64,000 nt of DNA from assembly GCF_964355755.1 (NCBI RefSeq), contig NC_092677.1:18808101-18872100 (forward strand), written 5' to 3'. Of this stretch, positions 62,369 through 64,000 are shown one piece after another. Under the pieces are notes generated by a model. The model was not told the DNA's origin, made no database searches, and saw only the letters and a list, made by a program, of their open reading frames with translations. The DNA is from Antedon mediterranea (lineage: Eukaryota > Animalia > Echinodermata). Position numbers and translations under genes: made by a program. Position 1 is the stretch's first letter; every line of letters begins with the position of its first letter.

Positions 62369-63249
62369 TAGGGATAACGATGCAAAATTAAAAGTTAATA
62401 TTTTTCAAGCAAATTAAACATTGTCTGTAAGTTAGTATTTTGTATTAATATTATAGAATCAATTATGAAAATCTAACTTTTAGTTTTCGTAATATAGGAT
62501 CTAAAACATCGCCAAAAAATGTTTTTAGCCATGTATGTATACTACACTATTTTTGCGATAAATTAATTACATATTATTGCGTTTTATAGTAATCTATTTT
62601 GTACAGTATATCAGCATTGGAAATATCAATACAATATGATATTAAATGTTTATAAAATAGATACGTTGTTTATTTTTGGACAAATTCATTGCTCTCTATT
62701 CGTGTATGTATTCGCGCACCAATCAAACAGCCAGAATCCAAAATCATTCAACTGTTAGTTCTTTTGGTTGCTCTAGAAACCAGGCAGCGCCACCTACCGT
62801 TGTGACGTCAGCACCGCTGAACTTTATGCCAATCAAGGGAAAGCTCAGATTTGATTGGCTTATGATGATTTCATAACACAAAATGGTGGTTTTGTAGTTG
62901 AGCCTCACAGAATATTCACGGTTTTTTGTGCATTTTTCTCTGAAAGATTTAAACAATAAACGCCTCATATCAAGAAAAAAATAATTTGTTAGCACTTCTA
63001 CACTAATAAGCACAAGGCATTGGGAACTATATTGTCTTAGCGTAGTTTTTGAGTAAACACGATATTACAATATTTTATCCACATTATCGCATTTGTGGTT
63101 GAATATAATGGAAATAAAAAATATTTTATCTGATTGCTCAAACGCATTATTACATAATATTATCGCGTCAATAACACAGCGTGCATGGTAACATACGCGT
63201 AGTTGAATCGTGGCAATAACAATGTCAGAGTCAACTCTCGATAACCCTA
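62369..63249 (+). mobile_element. TAGGG-ended non-autonomous DNA element, copy 3 (more deleted)
   Basis: tagggataacga...ctctcgataacccta; only GTAT is shared by the flanks. Confidence 0.78.
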
Positions 63250-64000
63250 GTATTATTAAGTTAGAAATGGTGATGGGATAAATGACTTGCCTGATTCTGT
63301 CGGGCTTTACAATGTAGCATAAAGGTAGTCACTCTTTTGATGTAGGGGTGCCTCATGGTATAAATATTTAATAAATGACTTTCAAATCCCAGGAAAAATG
63401 TTTTCTAACTGACTAAAGAGGAGGTAAATACCTTTTAAAAAAAGCCAAATTCCACAGGGTGATTGTAGTCATTTGTTCGCAGTTTAAAGCAGTATATGTC
63501 TCAGTGACTATAGTTTTTTTTTAGCACTGTTCAATTGTTTTGGCAGCAACCAACCCCCAAAACTCCTGTTGCCCAACTACCGTTGCCCAACTACCACATT
63601 AAATAGCAAATATCTGTTTCGGTTAGCTGTCCTCGTATGCACAACCAACCCAGCAGCTCGTAAAGTACAATATACAACTATCCCTTATCTTCTCATTATT
63701 TTTTCCATACATTTTCTAATGTTGATGAACTTGATTATGAATCCAGATGAAACAAAATACTTGAAAACAAAATAGTTGGTAGCATCTCTATGACAGTAAA
63801 AAAAATGTTGAGTCTGGCCAAATACTGAGAGGATTTACTGTTTAAAAAAAAAAACAGGATCATCTTTGACTTATTTATATTTATTTGAAGGATGTACAGT
63901 ATACATATAGTATGATGTACCTTGTCTATATTATACATCACTATTTTATTACTTTGAATTTATTTTATAAATTAATACTAGAAATTATGTGATTTTTAAA

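Overview
AT-rich eukaryotic DNA from an animal. A marine invertebrate, possibly an echinoderm, is an inference from the repeat content and protein style. Three host genes can be reconstructed exon by exon: TMEM42 (minus strand, 3 coding exons, 22590->7630), a BTB-BACK-Kelch gene with a single-exon CDS (plus strand, 27514-29229), and TUBGCP2/GCP2 (minus strand, 16 coding exons, 58299->35443, 893 aa). Most other sequence is nested transposable elements: CR1 and L2 LINEs, a Penelope element with hammerhead ribozymes interrupted by an Academ element, and Sola1-, hAT-, Kolobok-, Harbinger-, Ginger2-, Zisupton- and Merlin-like MITEs, plus a tRNA-SINE and several tandem arrays. TE superfamily labels rest on termini, TSDs and recalled motifs, not on a database search. 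I see no prokaryotic-type system such as CRISPR. The best candidates for something undescribed are: (1) a TUBGCP2 intronic minisatellite in which each 18-nt unit recreates an in-frame consensus 5' splice site; (2) paralog evidence that the frequent TAGGCCTA/TACAGTA motifs are TA-site insertions resembling transposon excision footprints, clustered just downstream of first exons; (3) tiny palindromic elements with 7-bp TSDs; (4) a 6-kb satellite grown inside a MITE and bracketed by inverted repeats; (5) three same-orientation insertions of a TAGGG-ended element with 7-bp TSDs and promoter-like motifs.
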